From the NCBI GenBank assembly GCA_030622135.1, contig JAUXGL010000001.1:601-64600 (forward strand): 64,000 bases of DNA, given 5' to 3'. The notes beneath the pieces were generated by a model, which was given only the letters and a program-made list of their open reading frames with translations, was not told the DNA's origin and searched no databases. Within the stretch, counting starts at the first letter, position 1; every line of letters starts with the position of its first letter. A program made the position numbers and the translations under genes. Shown piece by piece: positions 46,868 through 57,236 of the stretch. This DNA comes from Deltaproteobacteria bacterium. Lineage in GTDB: Bacteria; Myxococcota; B64-G9.

Positions 46868-47488
46868 ATGGTGCAGAAAACGACAATTGTAGTGGGTGTG
46901 GCCGTTGCGCTGATGTTGCTGGCCGCCGCCCCTCCCGGGGCCGTGGATGTGTATCTCAACGGGGTGCAGATAACCGGCGCGAAGGACCAGGTGATCGACA
47001 AGGCCAAGGTTACCCTCGACAAGAACGGAAATGTGCACATCTCCGCCCCGGACTACAAGGTGCGCGAGGTGGGCGCGTCGGGTGTGGGTACCAGCCCACC
47101 GCCGGCCGCGCCGACGACCGTGGCGAACCTGAGGCACAAGTATTTCGTGGTTACCGAGGTGACTCGCTTGGGCATGACCGGCTACACCATCCAGATCATG
47201 GTCAACAACAAGTTCCTCAAGGCGCTTCCCGACACCATCTCCCAGCACGTGCTGGAGCTGAATAACTACCTCAACGAGGGCACCAATACGATCAGCTTCC
47301 GGGCCATCCGCCACCAAGGTAAATCCGCCCAGAGCATCCTGGCCTCGGACTCGTTCTCCGTCGTTCTGGGCGAGGGCAAGGGTAGGGAGGGCGGCACCCT
47401 GACCATCGACAACGTCCTGGCCGAGTTCAAGGTCACCGCCATCGATCGCGGAGAGAAGGCCAAGACGTTCACGATCAAGGCCAAATAG
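46868..47488 (+). CDS. Secreted hypothetical protein
   Basis: Signal MVQKTTIVVGVAVALMLLAAAPPGA; no recognisable domain. Confidence 0.5.
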   Translation: MVQKTTIVVGVAVALMLLAAAPPGAVDVYLNGVQITGAKDQVIDKAKVTLDKNGNVHISAPDYKVREVGASGVGTSPPPAAPTTVANLRHKYFVVTEVTRLGMTGYTIQIMVNNKFLKALPDTISQHVLELNNYLNEGTNTISFRAIRHQGKSAQSILASDSFSVVLGEGKGREGGTLTIDNVLAEFKVTAIDRGEKAKTFTIKAK

Positions 47489-47560
47489 GTTTAGTCCCCC
47501 AGTTTTCCTTGCCATGGTAGGTGCGTGCGAGTATCCTCCCGCCGGAAGGGAGGATGTCCC

Positions 47561-48760
47561 ATGCCGTCTTCGGAAGAAATCATCGAAATTACCGAGAAGT
47601 ACGGAGCTCGCAACTACAAGCCCCTGCCGGTGGTCATCTCCAGGGCCGAGGGGGCCTGGGTGTGGGACTGCGAGGGAAAGAAGTACCTGGATTTCCTCTC
47701 CGCCTACTCGGCGGTCAATCAGGGACACCGGCACCCGGTTATTGTCGGGGCCATGAAGGAGCAACTCGATCGGGTCACACTGACCTCGCGCGCCTTCCAC
47801 AACGATCAGTTGGGGCCGTTCTTGGAAGAGATCTGCAAACTATCCGGCATGGAGATGGCTCTACCCATGAACACCGGTGCCGAGGCGGTGGAGACGGCAG
47901 TGAAGATGGCGCGCAAGTGGGGATACACCAGTAAGAAGGTGGCCGAAAACCAGGCGGAGATTGTTTGCTGCACCGACAACTTCCACGGTCGCACCACCAC
48001 GGTGGTTTCCTTTTCCTCGGATGAGCAGTACAAGGAGGGCTTTGGTCCCTACACTCCGGGATTCAAGCTGATCCCCTTCGGTGATGTCGAGGCGTTCGAG
48101 AAATCCATTGGGCCCAACACGGTGGCGTTCTTGGTGGAGCCGATCCAGGGCGAGGCCGGCGTGGTGGTGCCTCCCGACGGCTACCTCAAGCGGGTAAGGG
48201 ACATCTGCACCAAGAACAACATCTTGTTGATGCTCGACGAGATCCAGACCGGCCTGGGACGGACCGGTCGGATGTTCTGCTTCGAGCACGAAGGAATCCG
48301 CCCGGACGTGCTCATGCTGGGCAAGGCCATCTCCGGCGGCCTGCTTCCGGTCAGCGTGGTCCTGGCCTCCCGGGAGGCACTCTCCGTATTTCGCCCCGGC
48401 GATCACGGCAGCACCTTCGGCGGCTGCCCCATCGGTTGCGCCGTGGCCCGGGCCGCCTTGAGGGTGATCGTGGAAGATAAGCTGCCGCAACGCTCCGCCG
48501 AGTTGGGGGCCGCATTTTCGAAGAAGCTCGAAACCCTGGTGGGAGCAAAGGTCGAGCTGGTCCGCGGCCGGGGCCTCTTTCTGGCCGTGGTGTTGAAAAA
48601 GGCTGCCGGGCCCGCCCGGGCCTATTGCGAGCAATTGCTGGAGAAGGGTCTCCTCTGCAAGGAGACCCATGAGAATATAATCCGTTTCGCTCCCCCGCTG
48701 GTGATCGATCAAAAAGACCTCGACTGGGCCTTCGAGCGGATAAAGGAAGTGTTGGGGTAG
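47561..48760 (+). CDS. rocD: Ornithine aminotransferase (class-III PLP aminotransferase)
   Basis: Preferred ATG 47561 (GGGAGG RBS); MPSSEEIIEITEKYGARNYKPLPVV is an OAT-type N-terminus; PLP Lys region DEIQTGLGRTG...LGKAISGG. Confidence 0.85.
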   Translation: MPSSEEIIEITEKYGARNYKPLPVVISRAEGAWVWDCEGKKYLDFLSAYSAVNQGHRHPVIVGAMKEQLDRVTLTSRAFHNDQLGPFLEEICKLSGMEMALPMNTGAEAVETAVKMARKWGYTSKKVAENQAEIVCCTDNFHGRTTTVVSFSSDEQYKEGFGPYTPGFKLIPFGDVEAFEKSIGPNTVAFLVEPIQGEAGVVVPPDGYLKRVRDICTKNNILLMLDEIQTGLGRTGRMFCFEHEGIRPDVLMLGKAISGGLLPVSVVLASREALSVFRPGDHGSTFGGCPIGCAVARAALRVIVEDKLPQRSAELGAAFSKKLETLVGAKVELVRGRGLFLAVVLKKAAGPARAYCEQLLEKGLLCKETHENIIRFAPPLVIDQKDLDWAFERIKEVLG

Positions 48761-48761
48761 A

Positions 48762-49193
48762 TTATTGGCAGTCGCCGAGGTAGGGGATGGTCAGGACACC
48801 GTAGTCGTTGAAGCCCGCGTAGACCTCCATATCCCAGTAGCCCTCGTGGGTGATGAGCCCGTTGCGGCAGATGGCGGTCAGTTGCAGTTCGTAGGCGCCC
48901 GGGTAGAAGTTGTCGATGAGCGGGCACATATCTTCGCAGGAGCGGTTTTCGGCGCGGAATTCCAGGTTGCCCCAGGCGTCGTAGATGTACACGTCCATGC
49001 GTGAGATCTCGGCGTCGTAGCAGGAGTCGGTGGCGCTGCCGTCCCACCGCTCGAAGGACCAACAGAACGCGATATCGCCCAGGTCCGCTCCGCAGAGGTC
49101 TCCGACGCAGTGCGGGTTCTCGTGGCCGGTTATGATGCAGGCCGGCGACAGCAGAAGCATGACCGGCAGAATGGCGATGGTTATGGCTTTCAT
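48762..49193 (-). CDS. Small Cys-containing lipoprotein, hypothetical
   Basis: Preferred start MKAITIAILPVMLLLSPAC; the longer ORF-track N-terminus is unlikely to be real. Confidence 0.5.
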   Translation of the reverse strand: MKAITIAILPVMLLLSPACIITGHENPHCVGDLCGADLGDIAFCWSFERWDGSATDSCYDAEISRMDVYIYDAWGNLEFRAENRSCEDMCPLIDNFYPGAYELQLTAICRNGLITHEGYWDMEVYAGFNDYGVLTIPYLGDCQ

Positions 49194-49448
49194 TTTCGTT
49201 CCTCCTTCGGTTCTAACTACAGCAAGTCCCATGCCAACTCTGTTTTCCTTTCTAACGGGTCATGAAAAAAAGGAAACTGTGGTTCCCGCGCTGCTCCGCC
49301 GCGGCGGAGTTGCCAGATTTTTCATGCGATCTTCCAGTTTGGAACATCGGGAGGAGCCGTTTTGTGGCCCCCCAGGATCTTTCACCCAGACTTGACCGGC
49401 CCGTTTTATAGGCAGTACACTGCTTGCAAAGTCATTGAGGAGGTTGCC

Positions 49449-51176
49449 ATGCGCACGCTGTTCTTGGGAGTTCTTGTATCGGGGTTAGCACTTGCCGGCT
49501 GTCCCGCCGGGCCGGGAGCGGTTAAAAAGGAAGAAAAGATGGAGACGAAAGTGGAGAGTACTGCCGAGGTGGAGGCTAAGCTGAATGCGTTTATAGAAAA
49601 GCACGTGGCCCGGGTGGCTCCTTTGCAGAAAGAGCTGAACCTGGCGTCTTGGGATGCCTCTACAACCGGAAAGAAGGAATCCTACGAGCTGTCCAGCCTA
49701 AAAGAGCTGGAGATTATGAAGGTGTACTCCGATCCGGAAGCGTTCAAGCTAATCAAAGAGATCAAAGCCGGTGGCCAGGTCAAGGATCCCCTATTAAAGC
49801 GCCAGCTGACCGTTTTGTACCTGGGCTTCGAGGAAAACCAGGTTCCGGCGGAGCTTTCGGAGAAGATGGTCAAGCTCTCCACCGAGATTAAGAAGACCTT
49901 CAACGACTACCGCGGGACCGTGGGGGGCCGGCAGGTCACCGACAACGACATCTACGACATTCTCAAGTCGTCGACGGATTCAAAAAAGCGCCGGGAATGC
50001 TGGGAGGCCTACAAGCAGAGGGGCGCCCTGGTGCGGGACCGGTTGATCGAGTTGGTACGCCTTCGCAACCAGGCGGCCAAACAACTGGGGTACCGGAACT
50101 ACTACGAGATGCACCTGACGCTCATCGAGCAGGACCCGGCGAAAATCCGCTCCATCTTCGACGAGCTGGCCCGGCAGACCGACGGGCCGTTTAAAAAACT
50201 CATGGAGCGGATTAACCGGAAGTTGGCGGCCCGGTACGGTATTGAGCCTGAGCAGTTGAGGCCCTGGCATTACGAGGACCCCTTTTTCCAGGAGGTACCC
50301 ACCATCGGCAAGGTGGATCTTGATTCGATGTTTTCAAAAAGCGATCCCCGGGTTCTGGTCAACGGTTTCTTCAAGGGGATCGATCTGGATCCCGCCGACA
50401 TCCTGGACCGCTCCGACCTCTACGAAAAGAAGGGCAAGATGTCCCACGCCTTCTGCATCCACATCGATCGGAAGGGCGACGTGCGCATCCTGTCCAACTT
50501 GAGAAACAGCGAAAGATGGACTGCCACCCTCATGCACGAGATGGGCCACGCGGTATACGACAAGTACATCGACCGGAATCTACCCTGGCTGCTGCGCGAG
50601 CCCTCCCACAGCTTCACTACCGAGGCGATAGCCGAGCTCTTTGGTCGCCTGACCCGGAGCCCCGGCTGGCTCGTAAAAACGCTTAAGATTCCCGAAGAGA
50701 AGATCGGGAAGGTGGCCGAAGACATTCGCTTGCAGTTGCGCATGAACATGTTGATCATGGCTCGTTGGACCATGGTCGTGGTCAACTTCGAGCGCGAGTT
50801 GTATGCGAATCCCGAGCAGGATCTCAACCAGCTATGGTGGGACCTGAAGAAGCGCTACCAGTTGCTCACCCCGCCTGAAAGTCGCAGCGCTCCTGACTGG
50901 GCCTCCAAGATCCACTTCGCCGTCTGGCCGGCCTACTACCACAATTACATACTCGGTGAGCTGATGGCCAGCCAGCTGCTCGATCATGTCGCCAAAGAGA
51001 TCGTAAAGACCGACGATCCCGCCGGGATCGACGGAGTCGGCCAGGTCGAGCTGGGCCGCTACCTGAAGGAGAAGATCTTCAAGCCGGGCAAGAGCCTGCG
51101 TTGGGACCAGCTACTCATCCAGGCCACCGGCGAATCGCTCAACCCAAAGTACTTTTCCGAACAATTCGTGAAGTAG
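49449..51176 (+). CDS. M2-like (ACE-type) zinc metallopeptidase lipoprotein
   Basis: Preferred ATG 49449 (GAGGAGG RBS); lipobox LALAGC; HEMGH zinc motif in ACE-like context (LMHEMGHAVYDKY) and downstream Glu (EAIAELF). Confidence 0.7.
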   Translation: MRTLFLGVLVSGLALAGCPAGPGAVKKEEKMETKVESTAEVEAKLNAFIEKHVARVAPLQKELNLASWDASTTGKKESYELSSLKELEIMKVYSDPEAFKLIKEIKAGGQVKDPLLKRQLTVLYLGFEENQVPAELSEKMVKLSTEIKKTFNDYRGTVGGRQVTDNDIYDILKSSTDSKKRRECWEAYKQRGALVRDRLIELVRLRNQAAKQLGYRNYYEMHLTLIEQDPAKIRSIFDELARQTDGPFKKLMERINRKLAARYGIEPEQLRPWHYEDPFFQEVPTIGKVDLDSMFSKSDPRVLVNGFFKGIDLDPADILDRSDLYEKKGKMSHAFCIHIDRKGDVRILSNLRNSERWTATLMHEMGHAVYDKYIDRNLPWLLREPSHSFTTEAIAELFGRLTRSPGWLVKTLKIPEEKIGKVAEDIRLQLRMNMLIMARWTMVVVNFERELYANPEQDLNQLWWDLKKRYQLLTPPESRSAPDWASKIHFAVWPAYYHNYILGELMASQLLDHVAKEIVKTDDPAGIDGVGQVELGRYLKEKIFKPGKSLRWDQLLIQATGESLNPKYFSEQFVK

Positions 51177-51240
51177 GCTACGGGTCATCCCGCCACTCGA
51201 CCCTGATGTGGTTTCCGTTCTTGTCTTTGTAGACCCGACC
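51174..51240. repeat. Left copy of 67-bp imperfect direct repeat (duplicate of M50 protease gene 3' end)
   Basis: 62/67 identity with 53521..53587. The five mismatches fall mostly at codon third positions of the protease reading frame. Confidence 0.85.
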
Positions 51241-51271
51241 CCATTTTTCGACCTTGAATATGCGCACGGAT

Positions 51272-52252
51272 CTATATCCCCAGAATGCGGCCGATCGCCT
51301 TGGCTAGATCGGTAAACTCCTTGCGAGCCCTGGCCACAGCCTGAATCTGTCCACCACCGATTCCGTCGGCCTGCTTGAGATCGAAGATTGGCTTGCGAGC
51401 TTGCTGTGCGAGCGGCACCAGGCTCGCGAAGTGTTTCAGCAATGCGATGCAATGGGGGTCCCTGTCCACGCTCGCTGGCCAGCGTTTCTCTGGTGTCTGG
51501 AGCACCTCATGGTGGAACACTGATGGGATCTGGCTCGCCCAACGCTGGTACCCGCGCACAGGTCTGTCCGACCGTGCAAGGTGCTGCTGTACGATGTACC
51601 CTCTTGGCAGGAACTCATGCGCAACCGGGCGTGGATCAGTCCGCTCGGCGGCGCGCTGCCAGTCTTTGCGCCAATCCCTCATCACAGGTCCCACGTTCCG
51701 GAGCCCCTGGAGGCTGAACAAATCCGGAGCGACCGGCAGGATAACCACGTCTGCGGCCAGGAGCGCTGCCCGGTTGAGCGCCCCCAGGTTGGGTCCGACG
51801 TCGAGCAGCAGCACATCGGCTTCGACCTTCTCCGCGGCGATGTCCGCAAGCCGCTGCAGGGCAGTAGCCACGTGGAGAGCCTTCTCATTGTCAGATTGAT
51901 GGATCTGCCCCCAGCTCTCCGCCAAAGGCTGCTCGAACCGGCCCAGCGCCAAGTCTCCAGGAAGAACCCAAAAATCATCGGCGATCTGGACCGGGGCTGG
52001 ATCCACGATGTCGCCCTTGCCGCGGCGGACCAGATCGATACACCGGGCCACGGTCGTCCCTCTAGGATCTTCAGACTCCCAGAGATCGACGAGACTCTCT
52101 TCGCTGAGACAGATGGCGGACAAGTTGCACTGGGGATCGTAGTCCAAGGCGATCGTCTTGAATCCCTGGCGAGCAAGTATGTGAGCGATGTTGAAGGTCA
52201 GGGTGGTCTTTCCCACTCCGCCCTTGTTGTTGAACAGGACAAGCGATTTCAA
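51272..52252 (-). CDS. ParA/MinD-like P-loop ATPase with C-terminal extension
   Basis: 326 aa; deviant Walker A NNKGGVGKTT; 4-nt overlap with upstream AlbA_2 gene. Confidence 0.75.
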   Translation of the reverse strand: MKSLVLFNNKGGVGKTTLTFNIAHILARQGFKTIALDYDPQCNLSAICLSEESLVDLWESEDPRGTTVARCIDLVRRGKGDIVDPAPVQIADDFWVLPGDLALGRFEQPLAESWGQIHQSDNEKALHVATALQRLADIAAEKVEADVLLLDVGPNLGALNRAALLAADVVILPVAPDLFSLQGLRNVGPVMRDWRKDWQRAAERTDPRPVAHEFLPRGYIVQQHLARSDRPVRGYQRWASQIPSVFHHEVLQTPEKRWPASVDRDPHCIALLKHFASLVPLAQQARKPIFDLKQADGIGGGQIQAVARARKEFTDLAKAIGRILGI

Positions 52253-53442
52253 GTATGACTCCGAATTGTGATGACCGTGTAGCCATCCGTCCTCACTTCG
52301 AACGGCGGGTTGCCATTTTTTTCTAGAAGTCGGCGCACCCGTTGGATGCCGCGACCCAGGCGCTCGACATATCCCAACTCGACCAGCAGGTTGGTGATGG
52401 TCGGATTCCGGTAGTCGGCCTGATCCCCGAATTCACCCTCCTTGGCCTGGCCATACGGACCACCCGGGTTGTAGAACTCGATCCGATCCTTGAACCAATT
52501 AATTCTGCCGGGCGCGTTCGTCCCCTCGTACAGCCTGTGCTGGACCTGGTTCCGCGCAAGCTCCCTCAGAGCCTCGACCGGATACTCCGGCGGGTACGGG
52601 GTTCGGATTCCCTGCTCCTTGGCCACCACCTGCGAGTTGTTGGCATTCAACTGAGCCCAGATGGTCTCCAGTTGGTCACACAGGTCTCCGGTGATGGTGC
52701 GTCGGCTTGTCACGGTCGAATCGACATCGACGCCATCGTAGCGCGCGAACTCCACGAGCGCCCCTGGCAGGTAGGTCAATGGATCCACACCGTACACGAG
52801 GACCGCGGCAGTGGTGGGCACCCAGATTCCGTCCACCAAGCGGGCCAGGTTCTTCTGCCCAAGCCATTTCTCGAACTCGGGGAAGGTCTGGTCATCCTCG
52901 TCCGAGTGCCGGGCGACATCGTACCGCTCCCGGAGTTTGCGCAGCGCCAGGGCGCCCAGGTCTGACCCGCGATGCGGCCTGATATCGAAGGGTTGACGAC
53001 CCTCGGGACGTCGTTCGTTTAATCGGACTCGATCTGCCTCGGTGGCTCGTTGGGTCGAGGTGCCCACTCGCACCCAGGGAACACCATTGACCTCGACCAC
53101 GGGCGGAACGGGATATGGCTGGACGCGGACCACGAGTATTTCACAACCAGCGATGTCGGCCTTCTGCACCCCGAACGAAGGGTTGGGGAGAATCTTCGTA
53201 GATTTCAACCTGTTGACAACTCTCTGGATGGCTTCGTCGGAGGCATCCGTCCCGACAGGTTCGCCCCTCTTGTTCACTCCGATGAGAATGACACCCGGAC
53301 GCCCACTGTCGCCGAGGTCGTTGGAGAAAGCGCATGCGGACCTGACCACGTCGTCGCTATCCGATTCTTTCCACTCAGACCATTCGCTCTCGCCAGCCAA
53401 GGCTTCTTTAACTATGGCCAGTATTTCGCCCGCTCCAGACAT
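52249..53442 (-). CDS. Schlafen-like AlbA_2 + HATPase_c_4 (RecG-C-terminal-like) putative DNA-binding ATPase
   Basis: 397 aa; N-terminal AlbA_2-like (EWKES...SACAFSNDLGDSGRPGVILIGV); C-terminal GHKL-like segment (ALRELARNQVQHRLYEG...RIEFYNPGG). Confidence 0.7.
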   Translation of the reverse strand: MSGAGEILAIVKEALAGESEWSEWKESDSDDVVRSACAFSNDLGDSGRPGVILIGVNKRGEPVGTDASDEAIQRVVNRLKSTKILPNPSFGVQKADIAGCEILVVRVQPYPVPPVVEVNGVPWVRVGTSTQRATEADRVRLNERRPEGRQPFDIRPHRGSDLGALALRKLRERYDVARHSDEDDQTFPEFEKWLGQKNLARLVDGIWVPTTAAVLVYGVDPLTYLPGALVEFARYDGVDVDSTVTSRRTITGDLCDQLETIWAQLNANNSQVVAKEQGIRTPYPPEYPVEALRELARNQVQHRLYEGTNAPGRINWFKDRIEFYNPGGPYGQAKEGEFGDQADYRNPTITNLLVELGYVERLGRGIQRVRRLLEKNGNPPFEVRTDGYTVITIRSHT

Positions 53443-53520
53443 ACAGGAATTGAACCAGTTTTTTCAACTTCGAGCAAGGATCTAGACATTGGTACCCCGT
53501 TTCTTAGGCTCCCGTTGGGG

Positions 53521-53587
53521 TAGGCTACGGGTCGTCCTGCCACTCGACTCTGATGTGGTTTCCGTTCTTGTCTTTGTAGACTCGACG
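53521..53587. repeat. Right copy of 67-bp direct repeat = authentic 3' end of M50 protease gene
   Basis: Encodes ...VYKDKNGNHIRVEWQDDP* on the minus strand. Confidence 0.85.
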
Positions 53588-54364
53588 GGTCCCTTGTGGG
53601 GGCGCCGGTTGGTCGGGGTCGAGGATTTCCCAGTCGGTGCCGGGAACCCGGAAGCCCGCCGACTCGGCGAAGCGCCGGAAAGGATCGAGCACCGGGCGGG
53701 TGTGCCGCGGGGCGTCCTGGTAGCCGGGATCGCCCAGGTACTGCCGGGCCCGGGCGGCGCCTTCCTCGGCGAAGGCCAAAAACAGCAGGAAAGCGGCCAG
53801 CACCAGGAACCACCCGGAGTAGATCACCCCGAAGACGGCCAGGGCCATGGCCAGCCAGCGAGCCACGCGGGCCGCCACGGTGGTGGCTCGGTAGAAGCCC
53901 ATCTTTCGGGCCAGGTAGGCCCGAAGGATTCTCCCTCCGTCCATGGGCAGGGCGGGTAGCAGATTGAAGGCGCCCAGCATCAGGTTGATCTTGGCGAGGA
54001 GCCAGAGCGTGTAGTTGCCGGTGAGCCAGGCGGCGACGCCGATGGCAACCGCCAGGATCAGGCTTACCGCCGGGCCCGCGGCGGCCATGAGGATCTCGTC
54101 GCGAGTGGTCTTCGGCGCGGACGTCATTCGGGCCATTCCCCCGAAGGGATACAGGGAGATGTCCATGATTTTCATTCCCAGCGAACGGGCCGCCAGGGCA
54201 TGTCCAAGCTCGTGCAGAATTACCGAGATGAATACGGCGATCGTTACAACCAGGCCGTACACTCCGCCTCCGGTGAAAAGCACTATCGCCAGGAATATCA
54301 GTAGGCTAATGTGCACCCGGATGGGGAATCCAAAGATACTGCCCATGTAGTACGACCAACGCAT
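53525..54364 (-). CDS. Site-2 protease family (M50) zinc metalloprotease
   Basis: 279 aa; HELGHAL zinc motif in TM helix, multiple TMs, LDGG motif. Confidence 0.8.
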   Translation of the reverse strand: MRWSYYMGSIFGFPIRVHISLLIFLAIVLFTGGGVYGLVVTIAVFISVILHELGHALAARSLGMKIMDISLYPFGGMARMTSAPKTTRDEILMAAAGPAVSLILAVAIGVAAWLTGNYTLWLLAKINLMLGAFNLLPALPMDGGRILRAYLARKMGFYRATTVAARVARWLAMALAVFGVIYSGWFLVLAAFLLFLAFAEEGAARARQYLGDPGYQDAPRHTRPVLDPFRRFAESAGFRVPGTDWEILDPDQPAPPQGTRRVYKDKNGNHIRVEWQDDP

Positions 54365-54505
54365 CTTTTCTCCTGCCCCTATAATGTAAGGCCTGGGGGT
54401 AGGATTTCAAGGGCTATTGGAGGGACAACGTCGTTTGTTTTTCATCTTGCTTGTCCCATTTGGACATGTTAGACAAAACGACTCTTTGTTTGCGGGAGAT
54501 CTTGC

Positions 54506-55951
54506 GTGGACGAGTCAGAGCGGGACCAGCCGGAAAGCGATATAGACGAGGCGGAGCGGGCCGAATTCCTGGCGGCCATGCAGCAGGAGATCGAGGTTGC
54601 TCATGCCGGGAGCGGTGAGATTGTCACCGGCGCCATTATTTCCATCGGCTCGGATTTTGCCTTCATCGATCTGGGCACCAAGAGCGAGGGGGTCATCTCG
54701 GTCGAGGAGATCCGGGAGGAGGACGGCTCGCTTCCCGCCGTGGGGGCCGAAGTAGAGGCCTGTGTTCTTTCCTCCGGGCCCGATGGCCTGATTCTTTCCA
54801 AGCGTCTGGCCAAGGGGATCCGTGACCGGGAATTCCTGCAGGAGGCGGCCCGCAACCGCATCCCCGTCGAGGGGAGGGTGGTGGGAAGAAATAAGGGCGG
54901 ATTCGAAGTGGATGTGGCCGGGTTGCGGGCCTTCTGTCCCGTGGGGCAGATCGAGCTGCGCTTTTGCGAAGATCCCGACGTGCATCTGAACCAGAAGCAT
55001 GCCTTCCTGATTACCAAGTACGACGACAGCGGGCGCCGGCCGGACGTGGTGGTTTCCCGCAAAGAGCTTCTGCAGGCCGAGGCGGACAAACTGGCCGAAG
55101 AGCTGCGCGAGACCCTGAAAGAGGGCGATGTGGTTGCCGGAACGGTACGGGCCATCAAGGACTTCGGTGCCTTCGTGGATCTGGGAGGGCTGGAGGGGCT
55201 GCTGCATGTCTCCGAGTTGTCGCACCAGCACGTCGACGATCCCAAGGAGATGTTGAAGGTGGGCGAGGAAATCCATGTGCAGGTGCTGTCCATCAAGCCG
55301 GGAGACCGGATCTCGCTGAGTCTCAAGAGGCTGGAGGCCGACCCCTGGGACGATGCCATGCTCTCCTTTCCGGAGGGGAGCCGGGTCCGCGGCAAGGTGG
55401 TGCGACTGCAACCCTTCGGTGCGTTCGTGGAACTGGTGCCGGGAGTGGACGGACTGATTCACGTCTCGAACTTTAACTCGCCCGAACGGGTGGGACATCC
55501 CCGGGAGGTACTCGAGCAGGGCCAGGAAGTGGATGTCGAGGTGCTGTCCGTTGATCCCCAGAACCGCAGGATCGGCCTGGCCCGGGTGCCCTCCGACGGA
55601 GAGTTCGGCTCCATTCCCGTGGTGGGAGCGGTGCTGGAAGGCAAGGTGGACAAGGCGGTCAACTTCGGGGTGTTTGTAACCCTGGGGCCCGGTCGCAAGG
55701 GCCTGGTTCCTAACATAGAAATGGGCACATCCAAGGGAGCGGACCACCGCAAGCAGTTCCCGCCGGGCACGCCCATGAAGGTCAAGGTGCTGGAGGTGAC
55801 CGACAACGGCCGGAAAATCCGGCTCAGCCTCAAGGCGGCCCGGGAGGCGCAGGAAAGGGCCGAGTTCGAAGGATATGTTCAACAGGACGCCAAGGATTCC
55901 TCCGGTGGTTTCGGTACCCTGGGGGATATCTTGAAAAAGAAGATCACCTAG
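54506..55951 (+). CDS. S1 RNA-binding-domain protein (ribosomal protein S1-like, several S1 repeats)
   Basis: GTG start; at least five S1-like repeats (G.V..I..FGAFV.L..G..GL.H.SE). Confidence 0.8.
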   Translation: MDESERDQPESDIDEAERAEFLAAMQQEIEVAHAGSGEIVTGAIISIGSDFAFIDLGTKSEGVISVEEIREEDGSLPAVGAEVEACVLSSGPDGLILSKRLAKGIRDREFLQEAARNRIPVEGRVVGRNKGGFEVDVAGLRAFCPVGQIELRFCEDPDVHLNQKHAFLITKYDDSGRRPDVVVSRKELLQAEADKLAEELRETLKEGDVVAGTVRAIKDFGAFVDLGGLEGLLHVSELSHQHVDDPKEMLKVGEEIHVQVLSIKPGDRISLSLKRLEADPWDDAMLSFPEGSRVRGKVVRLQPFGAFVELVPGVDGLIHVSNFNSPERVGHPREVLEQGQEVDVEVLSVDPQNRRIGLARVPSDGEFGSIPVVGAVLEGKVDKAVNFGVFVTLGPGRKGLVPNIEMGTSKGADHRKQFPPGTPMKVKVLEVTDNGRKIRLSLKAAREAQERAEFEGYVQQDAKDSSGGFGTLGDILKKKIT

Positions 55952-55998
55952 CGTAGGTCTCAGGCAGACGCTGTGTCTAACCACACAGGGGAGACAAC

Positions 55999-56496
55999 AT
56001 GGTAAACCCGAAGATACAGATCAAGACCAACTTGGGCGACATCGAGGTGGAGCTGGATGCGGGGAAAGCTCCCCTTAGCACGGCGAACTACCTGCAGTAT
56101 GTAAAAGACCGGCACTACGCCGGCACCGTGTTTCACCGGGTGATCCCCGGCTTTATGGCTCAGGGCGGTGGTTTCGACAAGAGCTTCAACCAGAAGCCCA
56201 CCCGTGACCCCATCAAAAACGAAGCCGAGAACGGCCTGAAGAACCTGCGCGGCACCCTGGCCATGGCCAGGACCAACGAGGTGAACTCGGCCACCTCCCA
56301 GTTTTTCATCAACCTGGCCGACAACTCCTTTTTGGACAACGGATCGCGCGACTTCGGCTACGCCGTTTTCGGCAAGGTGACCGGGGGCATGGACGTGGTC
56401 GACAAGATTGCAGAGACGCCCACCGGTTCCAAGGGCTCTTTCTCCAAGGACTGTCCTCAATCAGACGTTGTCATAGAGTCGGTTGAGACCCTGTAA
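55999..56496 (+). CDS. ppiB: Peptidyl-prolyl cis-trans isomerase, cyclophilin type (cytoplasmic)
   Basis: 165 aa; [27 protein letters not shown] cyclophilin signatures. Confidence 0.9.
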   Translation: MVNPKIQIKTNLGDIEVELDAGKAPLSTANYLQYVKDRHYAGTVFHRVIPGFMAQGGGFDKSFNQKPTRDPIKNEAENGLKNLRGTLAMARTNEVNSATSQFFINLADNSFLDNGSRDFGYAVFGKVTGGMDVVDKIAETPTGSKGSFSKDCPQSDVVIESVETL

Positions 56497-56510
56497 GCAA
56501 GGAGACGATC

Positions 56511-57095
56511 ATGAAAAGGCTCGCTATCGTTATCGCGCTGACCGCATCCGTCCTGTTTGCCGGCACCGCCCTGGGCGCCGACAATAAGGCCGCCAAGAAG
56601 GGCAATCCCGCGGTGGTGATCAAGACCAGCATGGGGACCATCGAGGCGGTTCTTTACAAGGACAAGGCTCCCATCTCGGTAGAGAACTTCCTCAAGTACG
56701 TAGAGGACACGCACTACGACGGTACCATCTTCCACCGGGTCATCCCCAACTTCATGATTCAGGGTGGCGGCTTCAATGCCAAGTTCAGTCAGAAGAAGAC
56801 CCGCGACCCCATCAAGAACGAGGCCAAGAACGGCCTGAAGAACGAGCGCGGCACCTTTGCCATGGCCCGCACCAGCCAGGTCGATTCGGCTACCTGCCAG
56901 TTCTTCATCAACCTAAAGCACAATAAATCCCTCGACAACGACGCCCGCGGCTTCGGCTACGCCGTTTTCGGCAAGGTGACCCGGGGCATGGACGTGGTCG
57001 ACAAGATTGCCAAGGTCCAGACCGGCGCCAAGGGCTCTTTCTCCCGCGACTGCCCCAAGGAAGACATCACCATCGAGTCCGTCCGCGTAAAGTAG
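56511..57095 (+). CDS. ppiA: Peptidyl-prolyl cis-trans isomerase, cyclophilin type (secreted)
   Basis: 194 aa; signal peptide [23 protein letters not shown]; cyclophilin signatures. Confidence 0.9.
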   Translation: MKRLAIVIALTASVLFAGTALGADNKAAKKGNPAVVIKTSMGTIEAVLYKDKAPISVENFLKYVEDTHYDGTIFHRVIPNFMIQGGGFNAKFSQKKTRDPIKNEAKNGLKNERGTFAMARTSQVDSATCQFFINLKHNKSLDNDARGFGYAVFGKVTRGMDVVDKIAKVQTGAKGSFSRDCPKEDITIESVRVK

Positions 57096-57236
57096 GCCCT
57101 TGGTGAGGGCACATCGATAACAGGTATTCGATATTGCGCTTGTTGGTCTGACCTACGCCGCAAACGGCGCGGAAGCTGACCCTGGGGCCACCGGCCCGGC
57201 CAGCCAAGAGCCCGCTTCCGGCAGACGACGGCTTCT

